A stretch of 64,000 nucleotides of DNA, taken from contig OZ024741.1 in assembly GCA_964016885.1 (NCBI GenBank), forward strand, positions 27,838,001-27,902,000, written 5' to 3'. Below the pieces are notes generated by a model. That model saw only the letters and a list, made by a program, of their open reading frames with translations, searched no databases and was not told where the DNA came from. The position numbers and the translations under genes were made by a program. The stretch's first letter is position 1; the number at the start of each line of letters is the position of its first letter. The DNA comes from Eledone cirrhosa. Its lineage: Eukaryota. This document shows, piece after piece, positions 18,001 through 30,141 of this stretch.

Positions 18001-21000
18001 ACTACTACACCCATCATAAACATTCTGACCACTACTACACCCATCATAAACATTCTGACCACTACTACACCCATCATAAACATTCTGACCACTACTACAC
18101 CCATCATAAACATTCTGACCACTACTACACCCATCATAAACATTCTGGCCACTACTATCCCATCATAAACATTCTGACCACTACTACACCCATCATAAAC
18201 ATTCTGACCACTACTACACCCATCATAAACATTCTGGCCACTACTATCCCATCATAAACATTCTGACCACTACTACACCCATCATAAACATTCTGACCAC
18301 TACTACACCCATCATAAACATTCTGGCCACTACTATCCCATCATAAACATTCTGGCCACTACTACACCAATCATAAACATTCTGACCACTACTACACCCA
18401 TCATAAACATTCTGGCCACTACTACACCCATCATAAACATTCTGACCACTACTACACCCATCATAAACATTCTGGCCACTACTACACCCATCATAAACAT
18501 TCTGACCACTACTACACCCATCATAAACATTCTGGCCACTACCACACCCATCATAAACATTCTGGCCACTACTACACCCATCATAAACATTCTGACCACT
18601 ACTACACCCATCATAAACATTCTGACCACTACTACACCCATCATAAACATTCTGGCCACTACTACACCAATCATAAACATTCTGGCCACTACTACACCCA
18701 TCATAAACATTCTGGCCACTACTGCTACTATCATAAACATTCTGGCCACTACTACACCCATCATAAACATTCTGGCCACTACTACACCCATCATAAACAT
18801 TCTGACCACTACTACACCCATCATAAACATTCTGACCACTACTACACCCATCATAAACATTCTGGCCACTATTAAACCCATCGTAAACATTCTGGCCACT
18901 ACTACACCAATCATAAACATTCTGACCACTACTACACCCATCATAAACATTCTGACCACTACTACACCCATCATAAACATTCTGGCCACTACTAGACCCA
19001 TCATAAAGATTCTGGCCACTACTACACCCATCATAAACATTCTGACCACTACTACACCAATCATAAACATCCTGACCACCACTACACCAATCATAAACAT
19101 TCTGACCATTACTACACCAATCATAAACATTCTGACCACTACTACACCAATCATAAACATTCCGACCACTACTACACCCGTCATAAACATTCTGACCACT
19201 ACTATACCAATCATAAACATTCTGACCACTACTACACCAATCATAAACATTCTGACCACTACTACACCAATCATAAACATTCTGGCCACTACTACACCAA
19301 TCATAAACATTCTGACCACTACTACACCAATCATAAACATTCTGACCATTACTATACCAATCATAAACATTCTGACCACTACTACACCAATCATAAACAT
19401 TCCGACCACTACTACACCCGTCATAAACATTCTGACCACTACTACACCAATCATAAACATTCTGACCACTACTACACCAATCATAAACATTCTGACCACT
19501 ACTACACCAATCATAAACATTCTGGCCACTACTACACCAATCATAAACATTCTGACCACTACTACACCAATCATAAACATTCTGACCACTACTACACCAA
19601 TCATAAACATTCTGGCCACTACTACACCCATCATAAACATTCTGGCCACTACTACACCCATCATAAACATTCTGACCACTACTACAGCCATCATAAACAT
19701 TCTGACCACTACTAAACCCATCATAAACATTCTGGCCACTACTACACCCATCGTAAACATTCTGACCACTACTACACCCATCATAAACATTCTGACCACT
19801 ACTACACCCATCATAAACATTCTGGCCACTACTACACCCATCATAAACATTCTGACCACTACTAAACCCATCAAACATTCTGGCCACTACTACACCCATC
19901 ATAAACATTCTGACCACTACTACACCATCATAAACATTCTCACCACAACTATCCCATCATAAACATTCTGGCCACTACTACACCCATCATAAACATTCTG
20001 ACCACTACTACACCCATCATAAACATTCTGACCACTACTAAACCCATCATAAACATTCTGGCCACTACTACACCCATCATAAACATTCTGACCACTACTA
20101 CACCCATCATAAACATTCTGACCACTACTACACCCATCATAAACATTCTGGCCACTACTACACCCATCATAAACATTCTGACCACTACCACACCCATCAT
20201 AAACATTCTGGCCACTACTACACCCATCATAAACATTCTGACCACTACTACACCAATCATAAACATTCTGGCCACTACTACACCCATCATAAACATTCTG
20301 GCCACTACTACACCCATCATAAACATTCTGACCACTACTACACCCATCATAAACATTCTGACCACTACTAAACCCATCATAAACATTCTGGCCACTACTA
20401 CACCCATCGTAAACATTCTGACCACTACTACACCCATCATAAACATTCTGACCACTACTACACCCATCATAAACATTCTGGCCACTACTACACCCATCAT
20501 AAACATTCTGACCACTACTAAACCCATCAAACATTCTGGCCACTACTACACCCATCATAAACATTCTGACCACTACTACACCATCATAAACATTCTCACC
20601 ACAACTATCCCATCATAAACATTCTGGCCACTACTACACCCATCATAAACATTCTGACCACTACTACACCCATCATAAACATTCTGACCACTACTAAACC
20701 CATCATAAACATTCTGGCCACTACTACACCCATCATAAACATTCTGACCACTACTACACCCATCATAAACATTCTGACCACTACTACACCCATCATAAAC
20801 ATTCTGGCCACTACTACACCCATCATAAACATTCTGGCCACTACTACACCCATCATAAACATTCTGACCACTACCACACCCATCATAAACATTCTGGCCA
20901 CTACTACACCCATCATAAACATTCTGACCACTACTACACCCATCATAAACATTCTGACCACTACTACACCCATCATAAACATTCTGGCCACTACTACACC

Positions 21001-22537
21001 CATCATAAACATTCTGACCACTACTACACCCATCATAAACATTCTGACCACTACTACACCCATCATAAACATTCTGGCCACTACTACACCCATCATAAAC
21101 ATTCTGGCCACTACTACACCCATCATAAACATTCTGACCACTACTACACCCATCATAAACATTCTGACCACTACTAAACCCATCATAAACATTCTGACCA
21201 CTACTACACCCATCATAAACATTCTGACCACTACTACACCCATCATAAACATTCTGACCACTACTACACCCATCATAAACATTCTGGCCACTACTACACC
21301 CATCATAAACATTCTGACCACTACTAAACCCATCAAACATTCTGGCCACTACTACACCCATCATAAACATTATGACCACTACTACACCATCATAAACATT
21401 CTCACCACAACTATCCCATCATAAACATTCTGGCCACTACTACACCCATCATAAACATTCTGACCACTACTAAACCCATCAAACATTCTGGCCACTACTA
21501 CACCCATCATAAACATTCTGACCACTACTACACCATCATAAACATTCTCACCACAACTATCCCATCATAAACATTCTGGCCACTACTACACCCATCATAA
21601 ACATTCTGACCACTACTACACCAATCATAAACATTCTGACCACTACTACACCCATCATAAACATTCTCACCACAACTATCCCATCATAAACATTCTGGCC
21701 ACTACTACACCCATCATAAACATTCTGGCCACTACTACACCCATCATAAACATTCTGGCCACTACTACACCAATCATAAACATTCTGGCCACTACTACAC
21801 CAATCATAAACATTCTGACCACTACTACACCAATCATAAACATTCTGACCACTACTACACCCATCATAAACATTCTGACCACTACTACACCCATCATAAA
21901 CATTCTGACCACTACTACACCAATCATAAACATTCTGACCACTACTACACCCATCATAAACATTCTGACCACTACTACACCCATCATAAACATTCTGGCC
22001 ACTACTACACCAATCATAAACATTCTGGCCACTACTACACCAATCATAAACATTCTGACCACTACTACACCCATCATAAACATTCTGGCCACTACTACAC
22101 CAATCATAAACATTCTGGCCACTACTACACCAATCATAAACATTCTGACCACTACTACACCCATCATAAACATTCTGACCACTACTACACCCATCATAAA
22201 CATTCTGGCCACTACTACACCCATCATAAACATTCTGACCACTACTACACCCATCATAAACATTCTGACCACTACTACACCCATCATAAATATTCTGGCC
22301 ACTACTACACCCATCATAAACATTCTGGCCACTACTATCCCATCATAAACATTCTGGCCACTACTATCCCACGAAAAACATTCTGGCCACTACTACACCC
22401 ATCATAAACATTCTGGCCACTACTACACCCATCATAAACATTCTGGCCACTACTATCCCACCAAAAACATTCCAGCCACTACCATCCCATCAAACATATT
22501 TCAGCCTCTACCACCCCATCATAAACATTCCAACCTC
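1..22537. repeat. 30-bp tandem satellite, about 750 monomers, extending past the window start
   Basis: Continuous array of CCATCATAAACATTCTG[A/G]CCACTACTACAC with a second variable site ACC[C/A]ATC. Interspersed shorter monomers of 29 bp (..ACTATCCC..) and 28 bp (..CCATCAAAC..). The array degenerates over the last ~200 bp. Confidence 0.98.
6950..21720. repeat. Higher-order duplication of about 7.3-7.45 kb within the satellite (two copies, junction near 14250)
   Basis: Identical ORF translations recur at an offset of 7446 (8681/16127, 9128/16574, 10798/18244, 13130/20576) and at 7327 for the earlier part (7271/14598). The rare monomer TACTGCTACT lies at 11274 and 18720. Confidence 0.92.
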
Positions 22538-22599
22538 AAATAACCTTTTCAGTCATTGTTTATCTCAAACTATACCAGGTGTTCTCATCTCTTTGTTGG

Positions 22600-23427
22600 T
22601 GTTTAACTGTTTTGTTACCATATTTATAATGAAAGACATTGCCTATGATTTTCAGATAATTTTGAAAATAATCAAGAATTTGGAAGCATTTACTAATATA
22701 ACTGTTTTTTGTAATGTATAATGTTTTCAGAGAAAGATGTTAGACAGCAAATAAATGACATCTGAACGAGTATCCTCCACTTCCAACTAACTTGCCCTTC
22801 ACCTCTGGGTCCTGGCTGACAGGATGGAGAATACATTGCCCTAGAGGACAGCAAGGGAGACACGTTGGAACAGCCACTCCATCTTGCGAGAGTTGCACCT
22901 GCGGGTGGTCAACTCCGCTCTGATAGCAGTGATTAGGGATGTGGTCTGGGGGCCAAGAATGCCGGAAGTCTCCACTGCTACAGGCGCTACTACAAACCTA
23001 TTTGAGAGCGGCAGATACTTGGACAGTTTACCCTCTTCGGCTTGGTGGGCAGCAGAGCCTAGGCTGGTAGCCGAACGCACCAGGTTGCCACTTGAGTAGG
23101 TGTCACAGCATGTGGCATCCCAAATGAGGGGCCTAACCCGATGGAATGAGAAGATTGTGATGTCATCTGGCCTTTTGCTGTCCCCTCGGTCCAGCCCTGC
23201 TGGCTCAAGCTGGGAAGGGAAGCCTGTGCTGTCCAGGCCATACTTTATGATCTAACTTATATAACTAACATTTTTTTAAGCTGATGTTAGGAGTATTACT
23301 TAAAAATTCTTACATAAAATTATGATGGAAGGTTTATTTATTTTTAGATAAATATAAACAGTTTAAAATAATTTTGTATTCTAGAACCAGGATTAGTTTC
23401 AAGTGGCTTAGTATCAGAAGGGTTAAA
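22600..23427 (+). mobile_element. piggyBac-type (TTAA) MITE split by a CRE-like LINE fragment
   Basis: Left part 22600-22720 (TTACCATATTTATAATGAAAGAC..) and right part 23280-23427 (..GTATCAGAAGGGTTAA) match the intact copies such as 48206-48443. Confidence 0.65.
22790..23245 (-). pseudogene. CRE-like non-LTR retrotransposon, C-terminal restriction-like endonuclease fragment
   Basis: Minus-strand reading LEPAGLDRGDSKRPDDITIF..LIWDATCCDT..AAHQAEEGKLSKY..PVAVETSGILG..LFQRVSLAVL*GN, which fits the PD..D..K..KY endonuclease pattern of CRE-clade elements. Confidence 0.8.
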
Positions 23428-24339
23428 TAATTAAACTACTCAGTACAGAATAACTTGAAAGATGGCTGGTTGCTATTTCTAGCATGCTGGTAAACCACAC
23501 AGAAGCTACCTCACTGGCTTGTAGATAGATAATATCAAAGATCCAGGTAATGGCATTCTTGTTGAACTTTGCTGTGTACAATCACAATAAAGATAAATAC
23601 TAACTTCTTTTTAATCTCTAACAGCTAAATGTGCAACTTTATCTTATCCCAAAGGGTCCATAAATCAGTTTTCTTGACTTCAAGTTAATCTCTAGAATGA
23701 TAAGGATTGTACTGAATACTTTGGTGATCACAAGGCTAGCAATTTGCAGGATTTGAACTCAGAGAACAGTTTTCCAGAACAAATACTGAAATATTTAACC
23801 CGATGCTTTAATGACTCAGCCACTTGATCACAGACTGAGGTTTGATCAACCTCAGCTGACATCACCTGGAAGAGGGTATACATTCATCATCATCCTCATT
23901 TTAATGTCTGTTTTGCCTGCTAGCAAGGGTGGACAGGTCTTTATATACCAAGTCAGTACTGAAGTGGTGGCTACTGATCTCCCAGACAAGCCAAGGATCT
24001 GTGCTTGTGTACGATCATCACAGAGGAGGTTGCCATGTCTTTGACACAACTGAGGGTCCTCCCAACCCTTTGTTTGGTAAGCTTTCTACAGTTGGATGCC
24101 CTTCCTATCACCAACCACCTTACGTGTACTGAGTGCATTTATTGTGTAGGTCACCAACACTGAGGAGGCTGACATGTCCTTGACATGACTGAAGAGTCCT
24201 CCTGACCATAAAACTTAAAACACCCAGAGTCTCCAGGATACAACTCTGATGATGTGACCAAGTATTTGCAACTGGGGATGTATGAAGAACTGAGTATTTT
24301 CAATTCAGTGTAGGACTTTAAAAAGTGGGTATATCTGCT

Positions 24340-24640
24340 GTTATTGTAATGTGAAAGCTGCAATGTTTATCTGAACAAACTACCTGCATCAGTTCTCAGC
24401 TGCCAGGACATTGCATCCTTCAAAACTTCCATGCTTCCCAAAATTCACCAACACAACACCTGATATTCCCCCTCCATACACACGCACGTGTGTGTGTCAG
24501 GGGTGGGGTGGGGGGTGTGTGTGTGTGGGGGGGGGGGGTCATGACTCATACACTGGTCACTTTCCTGACTTTTGTATAGTACTATACAAGCACATTTGAT
24601 GAGTTGTAGTGCACCTAAGCACTGTAAACAATAATTTTCA
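24340..24640 (+). mobile_element. 3' tail of a CR1-like LINE, same family as 39555-41785
   Basis: GAACAAACTACCTGCATCAG..TTCCATGCTTCC..CATGACTCATACACT..GTTGTAGTGCACCT matches 41330-41770. Confidence 0.8.
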
Positions 24641-24789
24641 TTATTTTTATCTTAAAGATGTGCATGGTCCTTCAATCTGAAATACCATTAAATGAATGAA
24701 ATATTTTTGATTTTAAAAGTTAACAAAATCTAGTCTTCTTTCAAAGTTAATGATTTATTGAAGGAAGACATGAGTGATGATAGTGGAGT

Positions 24790-25160
24790 AGCAGAGATGG
24801 CTGGAAAGAATGGATTGACAGATGAGTGGAGTATCACTCAGAGAGAGGAAGATAAACAATGAATTGCAGAGGATGATAGGAATAGAGAGAGAGAAATGTT
24901 GTGAAGAGAAATATAATGAGATGGTTCGGTCATGTGTTGAGGAAGGATGAAAGTGGCTGGATGAGAAGAGTGATGGAAATGAATGTAGAAGGATGTAAAG
25001 GAAAGTGAAGACCAACGAAAACATGGCTAAATGATGGAGAAGGAAATAAATGGCTGGGTTTGATGATGAATGATGCAGAAGATAGGGAGAAATGGAGAAG
25101 TTTGTAATGAGGCCCACAAGGCTAACCCCTGCTTCAGCAGGGGAAATGGCATTAAAATCA
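24790..25160 (+). pseudogene. Degenerate RTE-like LINE 3' fragment
   Basis: GAGATGGTTCGGTCATGTG reads RWFGHV, followed by a degenerate RPxxxW region and a tail resembling the ends of RTE elements. Confidence 0.55.
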
Positions 25161-25653
25161 TTGTGCATTTGTTGTTTTTCGCATTGTGGCAGGGTTTCTA
25201 CCACTAGATGTCCATCCTTACACCAACTCCTCTACAGAGTGTAGTGAGAGTATTTTATCATGGCACCATCACTAGAGGTGCCATGGTATTGAAACAATTG
25301 CAGAGTCCTCTCTACGATATAATATCTCCATTCAATTGACAGGGCTTATAATGTCTAATATCATTTAGGGTAGAATATGGTTTGGGCTTGACTTTCAATT
25401 GTAGGTTCCTTCATTATAAACTTCATGAGCCTGCATTTGCACTGGATAAAATCTATTGTCCAATAAACAACAGGTGTAGTACCATCATGGATAACAAAAA
25501 CTGTTGTTTTACAGACAGGTAAAACAAAACTAATTGAAGTGAGTAGCTACAGACTTTATCTCAAAGGACAAATTACTCCTTTCACTCTTATATTTCATCA
25601 ATTAGTCTTCTGAAGGATAGCATGGGAATGAATGATGAATTGAGGATAGGGTT

Positions 25654-25918
25654 TTAACCCTTTTGATAGCAAAATGTCTGAAACCACTTCAGATTCAAAG
25701 ATGGGATGAGTTTTGTTTTAAAGTTTTAAAGTATTCATATTTATCTAAAAACCTGCCATCATAATGTTATGTAAGAACCTTTGTTATGTTATGCTTCAAA
25801 CACAAGTCTAATAATGAGAAAGTTATGTTACTAAATCCCTTCAAATTCTTGATTATTTTGAATATGATTTGAAACTCATAAGTGGTGTTCATTAGGAAAA
25901 TGGTAACAAAAGGGTTAA
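25654..25918 (-). mobile_element. piggyBac-type MITE
   Basis: TTAA|CCCTTTTG ... CAAAAGGG|TTAA, with a body matching the family in reverse orientation. Confidence 0.8.
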
Positions 25919-26509
25919 ACTATGGGAACCTATAGAGGTCCTATTTGGCCAGTGTAAAAAAAAAATGCTACCAAGATTCATAACAAATCCATGCATGAAT
26001 CAACAAGATATCCTCTTTGCTATTTCTTGATCTGCTAGAAACAATAACCAAATCCTTCGCAAATTATACACTATTGTATTAAAAATAAGATACATTGGAT
26101 GATTACAGCTGAAATGGTTTGACCACTTTCTGAACAACTGTGATTTTGAGAGAACTCCACCCCTCATCCCTTCATCCAAAAGTTGCTGTGTGTGCACTTT
26201 TGTGTCTACATATGTGACTCTGATTAAGGTTTCATTGGTAAAAATTAATGAAATCAATATGTTTTCTCTTTCTCACACACATATAGACAGCTGTATCAAT
26301 ATATACTACAAATGCCTAGCTGTCACATTCTACAATGATCTCGATTTTCTGACAACTGATAGCTCAACACTTCCGTTAATCCAACACTTCCATTAATCCA
26401 ACACTTCCGTTAATCCAAACACTATTGTACATCACCTTTTACAACATACAAGGATACATATTCTAACTAGATATATAATACATATTCTAACTAGATACAT
26501 ACAAACAGA

Positions 26510-26735
26510 ATAAATACTGGTTTCCAATTTAGATACAAGGCCAGCAATTTAGCAAGAGAGGGAAAACCAATTATATTGACACCAGTACCTGACTGGTACT
26601 TTATTTCATCAACCCCAGAAGGATGAAAAGCAAAATTGACATCAACAAGATTTGAAATGAAAACATAAGGAGCCGGAATCAATACAACAAAACATTTGTT
26701 CAATGCTCTAATGATTCAGCCAAACTATTACCTTT
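26510..26735 (-). mobile_element. tRNA-derived SINE with central CCTTTCATCC..GGGGTCGATAAAATAAGTACCAG motif
   Basis: GGTACTTTATTTCATCAACCCCAGAAGGATGAAAAGCAAA. Related copies lie near 27660, 35750, 36720, 42210, 45560, 59560 and 61970. Confidence 0.65.
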
Positions 26736-26829
26736 AAAAGCTGTAATAAATACTGCAAGAAATTCCGTACAACACAAATGCCTCTGTCAATTCAATGTCT
26801 TTGAAACTGAAAATTTATAATAATGTTCT

Positions 26830-27185
26830 TTAACGCTTTCATTACCATATTTCTAATAAAAGACACTGACAATGATTTTAAATAATTTTGAAAATAATCA
26901 AGAATTTGGAGGGATTTAGTAATACAACTTTCTCATTAAGATAGTGTTTGGAACACAGTTTAAAGGTTCTTAAAATTATGATGGAAAGTTTTTAGATAAA
27001 TATAAACATTTAAAAATAGTTTGGTATTATAGAACCAGGTGTTTTTGATAACACAATTTAAAACAGTTTTCTATTATAGAACCAGGGGTGTTTGGAATAT
27101 AACTTAAAGGCTCTTAAATAAAATTATGATAGGTTATTAGATAAATATAAACATTTTAAAACATTTTTGTATCTTAGAACCAGAA
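26830..27185 (+). mobile_element. piggyBac-type MITE with a partial internal tandem duplication
   Basis: Starts TTAACGCTTTCATTACCATATTTCTAAT. The segment ending TAGAACCAG occurs three times. Confidence 0.65.
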
Positions 27186-28069
27186 CTAACCTCTTAGACA
27201 GGCCAAGGTGGGTACACTACATCTCAGTCATCTACATTCTAGTTTTGGCAGGGATTCTGTAGCTGAATGCCCTTCCTCACAACAACCACTTTACAGAGTG
27301 TACTGAGTGCATTTTATTGTAGCATCAGCACTACAGAGGTCGACTTGTCCTTGACACAACCAATAGCACCTATCAACTCTTTTTGGCATGCTTTCTATGG
27401 CTGGAAAGCCATCTTAATGCCAATCACTTTAAAGAGTGTATTGAGTGCATTTCTTTTATCATGGCACCAGCACTAGAGAGTTTGTCAATTGTGATCGAGA
27501 ATGACTTGGTATAGTATGTACCATGCTTTCACTAATGGTTTTAAATTTCCTATACAATTGTGAGCAGACACTAATACATTCACAACCCTCTTACACAGGA
27601 TCTAAAGTCACATCCAGAATATGACAACTGGAAAGAGAGAGAGCTATATCAGTAGAAAGCTGGTACTTTATCAACCCTGAAAAGATAAAAGACCAAGTAC
27701 ACCTCAACAAGATTTAAACACAGAGCCAGAGATGCTGATTCTATCTGACAATATGTGTATATGTGTGTGTGTGTATGTATATATCATCATCCCCGTTTTA
27801 CGTCCATTTTTCCACGCTATCATGGGTTAGACGAGTTGTCCTGTTGTGCACAATGCTAGGTCAGGTGACCATGTCTTGCTCATACAGAACTGATATATAT
27901 ATATATAAATCATACATGATTAAATTCCTCACCAATATGCATAACATCTCAATGAAAAGAGATCACTAACGAAACGCTCATTCAGAGAAACAAATGCAGA
28001 TAGAACATCTTATACAAAACTGCATAAGGGAACTTAGTGAAGTCTTCAGCTTTAGGTTACTTAACTAAG

Positions 28070-28939
28070 ACTATACCACTATTGGCCGCTAAAGGTGTCT
28101 CTCTAAAAATGAAAGGCAGACTGTATGATGCCTGCATACGAACAGCTATACTACATGGCTATGAGACATGGGCATTGTGTGCAGAGGATCTGCGCAGACT
28201 GGAGAGGAACAAAGCATGCATGCTCTGCTGGATGTGTAATAGCAATATTCGTGAACAGCAAAGCATAAATGAACTAAGTGAGAAATTAGGTATAAGAGGG
28301 ATCAGATGCTGTTTACTCGAGAGAAGACTACGTTGGTATGGTCACGTGATGCACATGAAAGACAGCGGTATAAAAAAGTGCAGGGTGATCAAAATTGACG
28401 GAAGTTACGGAGTAGGCAGACCCAGAAAAACCTGGGACGATTTGATAAATTCCGACCTTACACACTTACACCTCTCTAAGACAATGTCACTGGACTGAGA
28501 TCTTTGGAGCTACGCAGTAATACAGAAAACCCGCCTTGCCTAAGTACAAAGCGAAACCTACAGTCAGTAGGCACCTCTTAATCAAATATACACCCCCATC
28601 CCACTACCCAAACTTCCCCACTCCCACCCCCATCAGCACCACCTCTTTCTCTGTAAAGTTATGTTGGTACCACAACATCCAGTCCTAAATAAATGAGGTC
28701 GTGTAGGTGTCACGACAAAAAAACACACAGTCCACGCTGTAATGTGGCCGTGTAGGTAACACGGTAAAAACCTCCCAGTCCACACTGTAAACGTGGTTGG
28801 TGTTAGGAAGGGCATCCAGCCATAGAAAGCCTGCCAGACAGTCCTATACGAGAGAGACGACCAATTTTGCCTCAAATGGGACAATTCCCTTCTAAACCCA
28901 TGTTAGCGTGGAAGATAGGCGTTAAACGATGATGATGAT
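28070..28939 (+). pseudogene. 5'-truncated RTE-clade LINE (C-terminal ORF fragment, 3' UTR and (GAT)n tail)
   Basis: ORF motifs KGRLYDACIRTAILHGYETW, RRLRWYGHV and GRPRKTW. Closely similar to 56418-57673. Confidence 0.9.
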
Positions 28940-29036
28940 ATATGCATATATCAAATGAAAAAACGGAGTTAAAGACTCGCGTTAATCTCCTGTAATTTAA
29001 TGAGCTCAAGGAATAAGTACCGGGCTCTTCATAATA

Positions 29037-29231
29037 CAGTATATAGAGAAGAAAACACAAAAAGGGGTATGTTTTCAATTACAAGGGGGAGAGAACCACT
29101 AGAGTGAAAAATATAGTCTACGGAAAGTGTATTTTCCACACTTTTCGTAGACTTTATATTCTTCACTCTATTGGTTCTCAACCCCTCGTAATTGAAGACA
29201 CCCCTTTTTGTGTTTTCTTCTCTATATACTG
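29037..29231. repeat. About 195-bp near-perfect palindrome (MITE-like foldback)
   Basis: CAGTATATAGAGAAGAAAACACAAAAAGGGGT is inverted exactly at the right end. Arms of about 95 bp close a short ATTTTCC loop. Confidence 0.9.
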
Positions 29232-29246
29232 AGTATTTATATATAT

Positions 29247-29355
29247 ATATTACGCTGAAAACACCGGTTCTCGTCCGATCACCGAAGTTAAGCAACGTCG
29301 AGCCTAGTTAGTACTTAGATGGGTGACCGCTTGGGAACCCTAGGTGCCGTAAGCG
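29247..29355 (+). pseudogene. 5S rRNA copy lacking about 10 nt at the 5' end
   Basis: ACGCTGAAAACACCGGTTCTCGTCCGATCACCGAAGTTAAGCAACGTCGAGCCTAGTTAGTACTTAGATGGGTGACCGCTTGGGAACCCTAGGTGCCGTAAGC is invertebrate 5S rRNA. The internal control region (A box, C box) is recognisable, and the 5' helix I strand is replaced by (TA)n. Confidence 0.93.
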
Positions 29356-29421
29356 TTTAATTTTCCGTCTAACCCGTGCTAGCGTGGAAGAACGGATGTA
29401 AAACGGTGATGATGGTGATGA

Positions 29422-29454
<33 letters not shown>

Positions 29455-29456
<2 letters not shown>

Positions 29457-29775
29457 CACAGGCATGACTGTGTGGTTAAGTAGTTTGCTTTACAGTCACA
29501 TGGTCTTGGGTTCTGTACCGTTGCATGACACCTTCAGCACTTGGGCAAATGTCTTCTACTATAGCATCAGATTCACCAATGCAATTTGTATGTATACATG
29601 TATGTATGCATGTGTGTATGTGTGTGTGTGTAAGTATGTATGTATGTATGCATGTATCTGTGTGTGTATGTATATATGTGTATATATGTATGCATGTATC
29701 TGTGTGTGTGAGTACCCATGACTAAGTTTACTGTTTAAGATTCGACAAATAGAGGTCGATAAAATAAGTAACATA
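29455..29775 (+). mobile_element. tRNA-derived SINE with an internal (TG/TA)n expansion
   Basis: Head GGCATGACTGTGTGGTTAAGTAG..GGTTCTGTACC, then TTGGGCAAATGTCTTCTACTATAG, and a 3' GGTCGATAAAATAAGTA motif. Confidence 0.6.
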
Positions 29776-29867
29776 CTTGAAATAGACTAGGTTCAATGCG
29801 AGTGACTAATTATATATACATATATGTGTGTGTGTGTGTAGTTCAAGGAAACAACAAACAGAGGTAC

Positions 29868-29901
<34 letters not shown>

Positions 29902-29916
29902 AATGTATGCACAAGT

Positions 29917-29949
<33 letters not shown>

Positions 29950-30039
29950 ACGAAGGAGATGTGGTAAGGAACCAAGTGGACCATAACGCACCAAAGTACT
30001 CAATACTTAGAGTAGTAGAGTGGGTAATAGGAACGAGTA

Positions 30040-30106
30040 AGACCCCGACGGCTGAGCTCAAGCCGTTTCGACGGCTAATTCTGGACTCTATTTGAGTCCA
30101 GAATTA
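30040..30106 (-). ncRNA. Truncated hammerhead ribozyme-like motif (3' half only)
   Basis: Minus strand shows a perfect 12-bp hairpin AATTCTGGACTC/GAGTCCAGAATT, then GAAA-CGGCT-loop-AGCCG-TC. The CUGANGA box is absent where (TA)n begins. Confidence 0.45.
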
Positions 30107-30141
30107 TATATATATATATATATACATACATACATACACAT

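Noticed and set aside
1-22332. Long minus-strand ORFs (MMGVVVVRMF)n and (CSSGQNVYDG)n up to 802 aa, and ATG-less plus-strand frames (HHKHSDHYYT)n and (IINILTTTTP)n suggesting His/Tyr-rich or mucin-like proteins
   Set aside because: Four of six frames are open simply because the 30-bp unit lacks stops in them. Frequent 29- and 28-bp monomers shift every frame into stops, the two common variants are not both synonymous in any one frame, and there is no unique N- or C-terminal coding sequence.
1-22537. CRISPR-like array
   Set aside because: Monomers are directly adjacent with no unique spacers, there are no cas genes, and the context is eukaryotic.
29247-29355. Functional 5S rRNA gene
   Set aside because: The 5' strand of helix I is missing, it is a solitary copy with no 5S array spacer, and it is joined to a retroposon tail.
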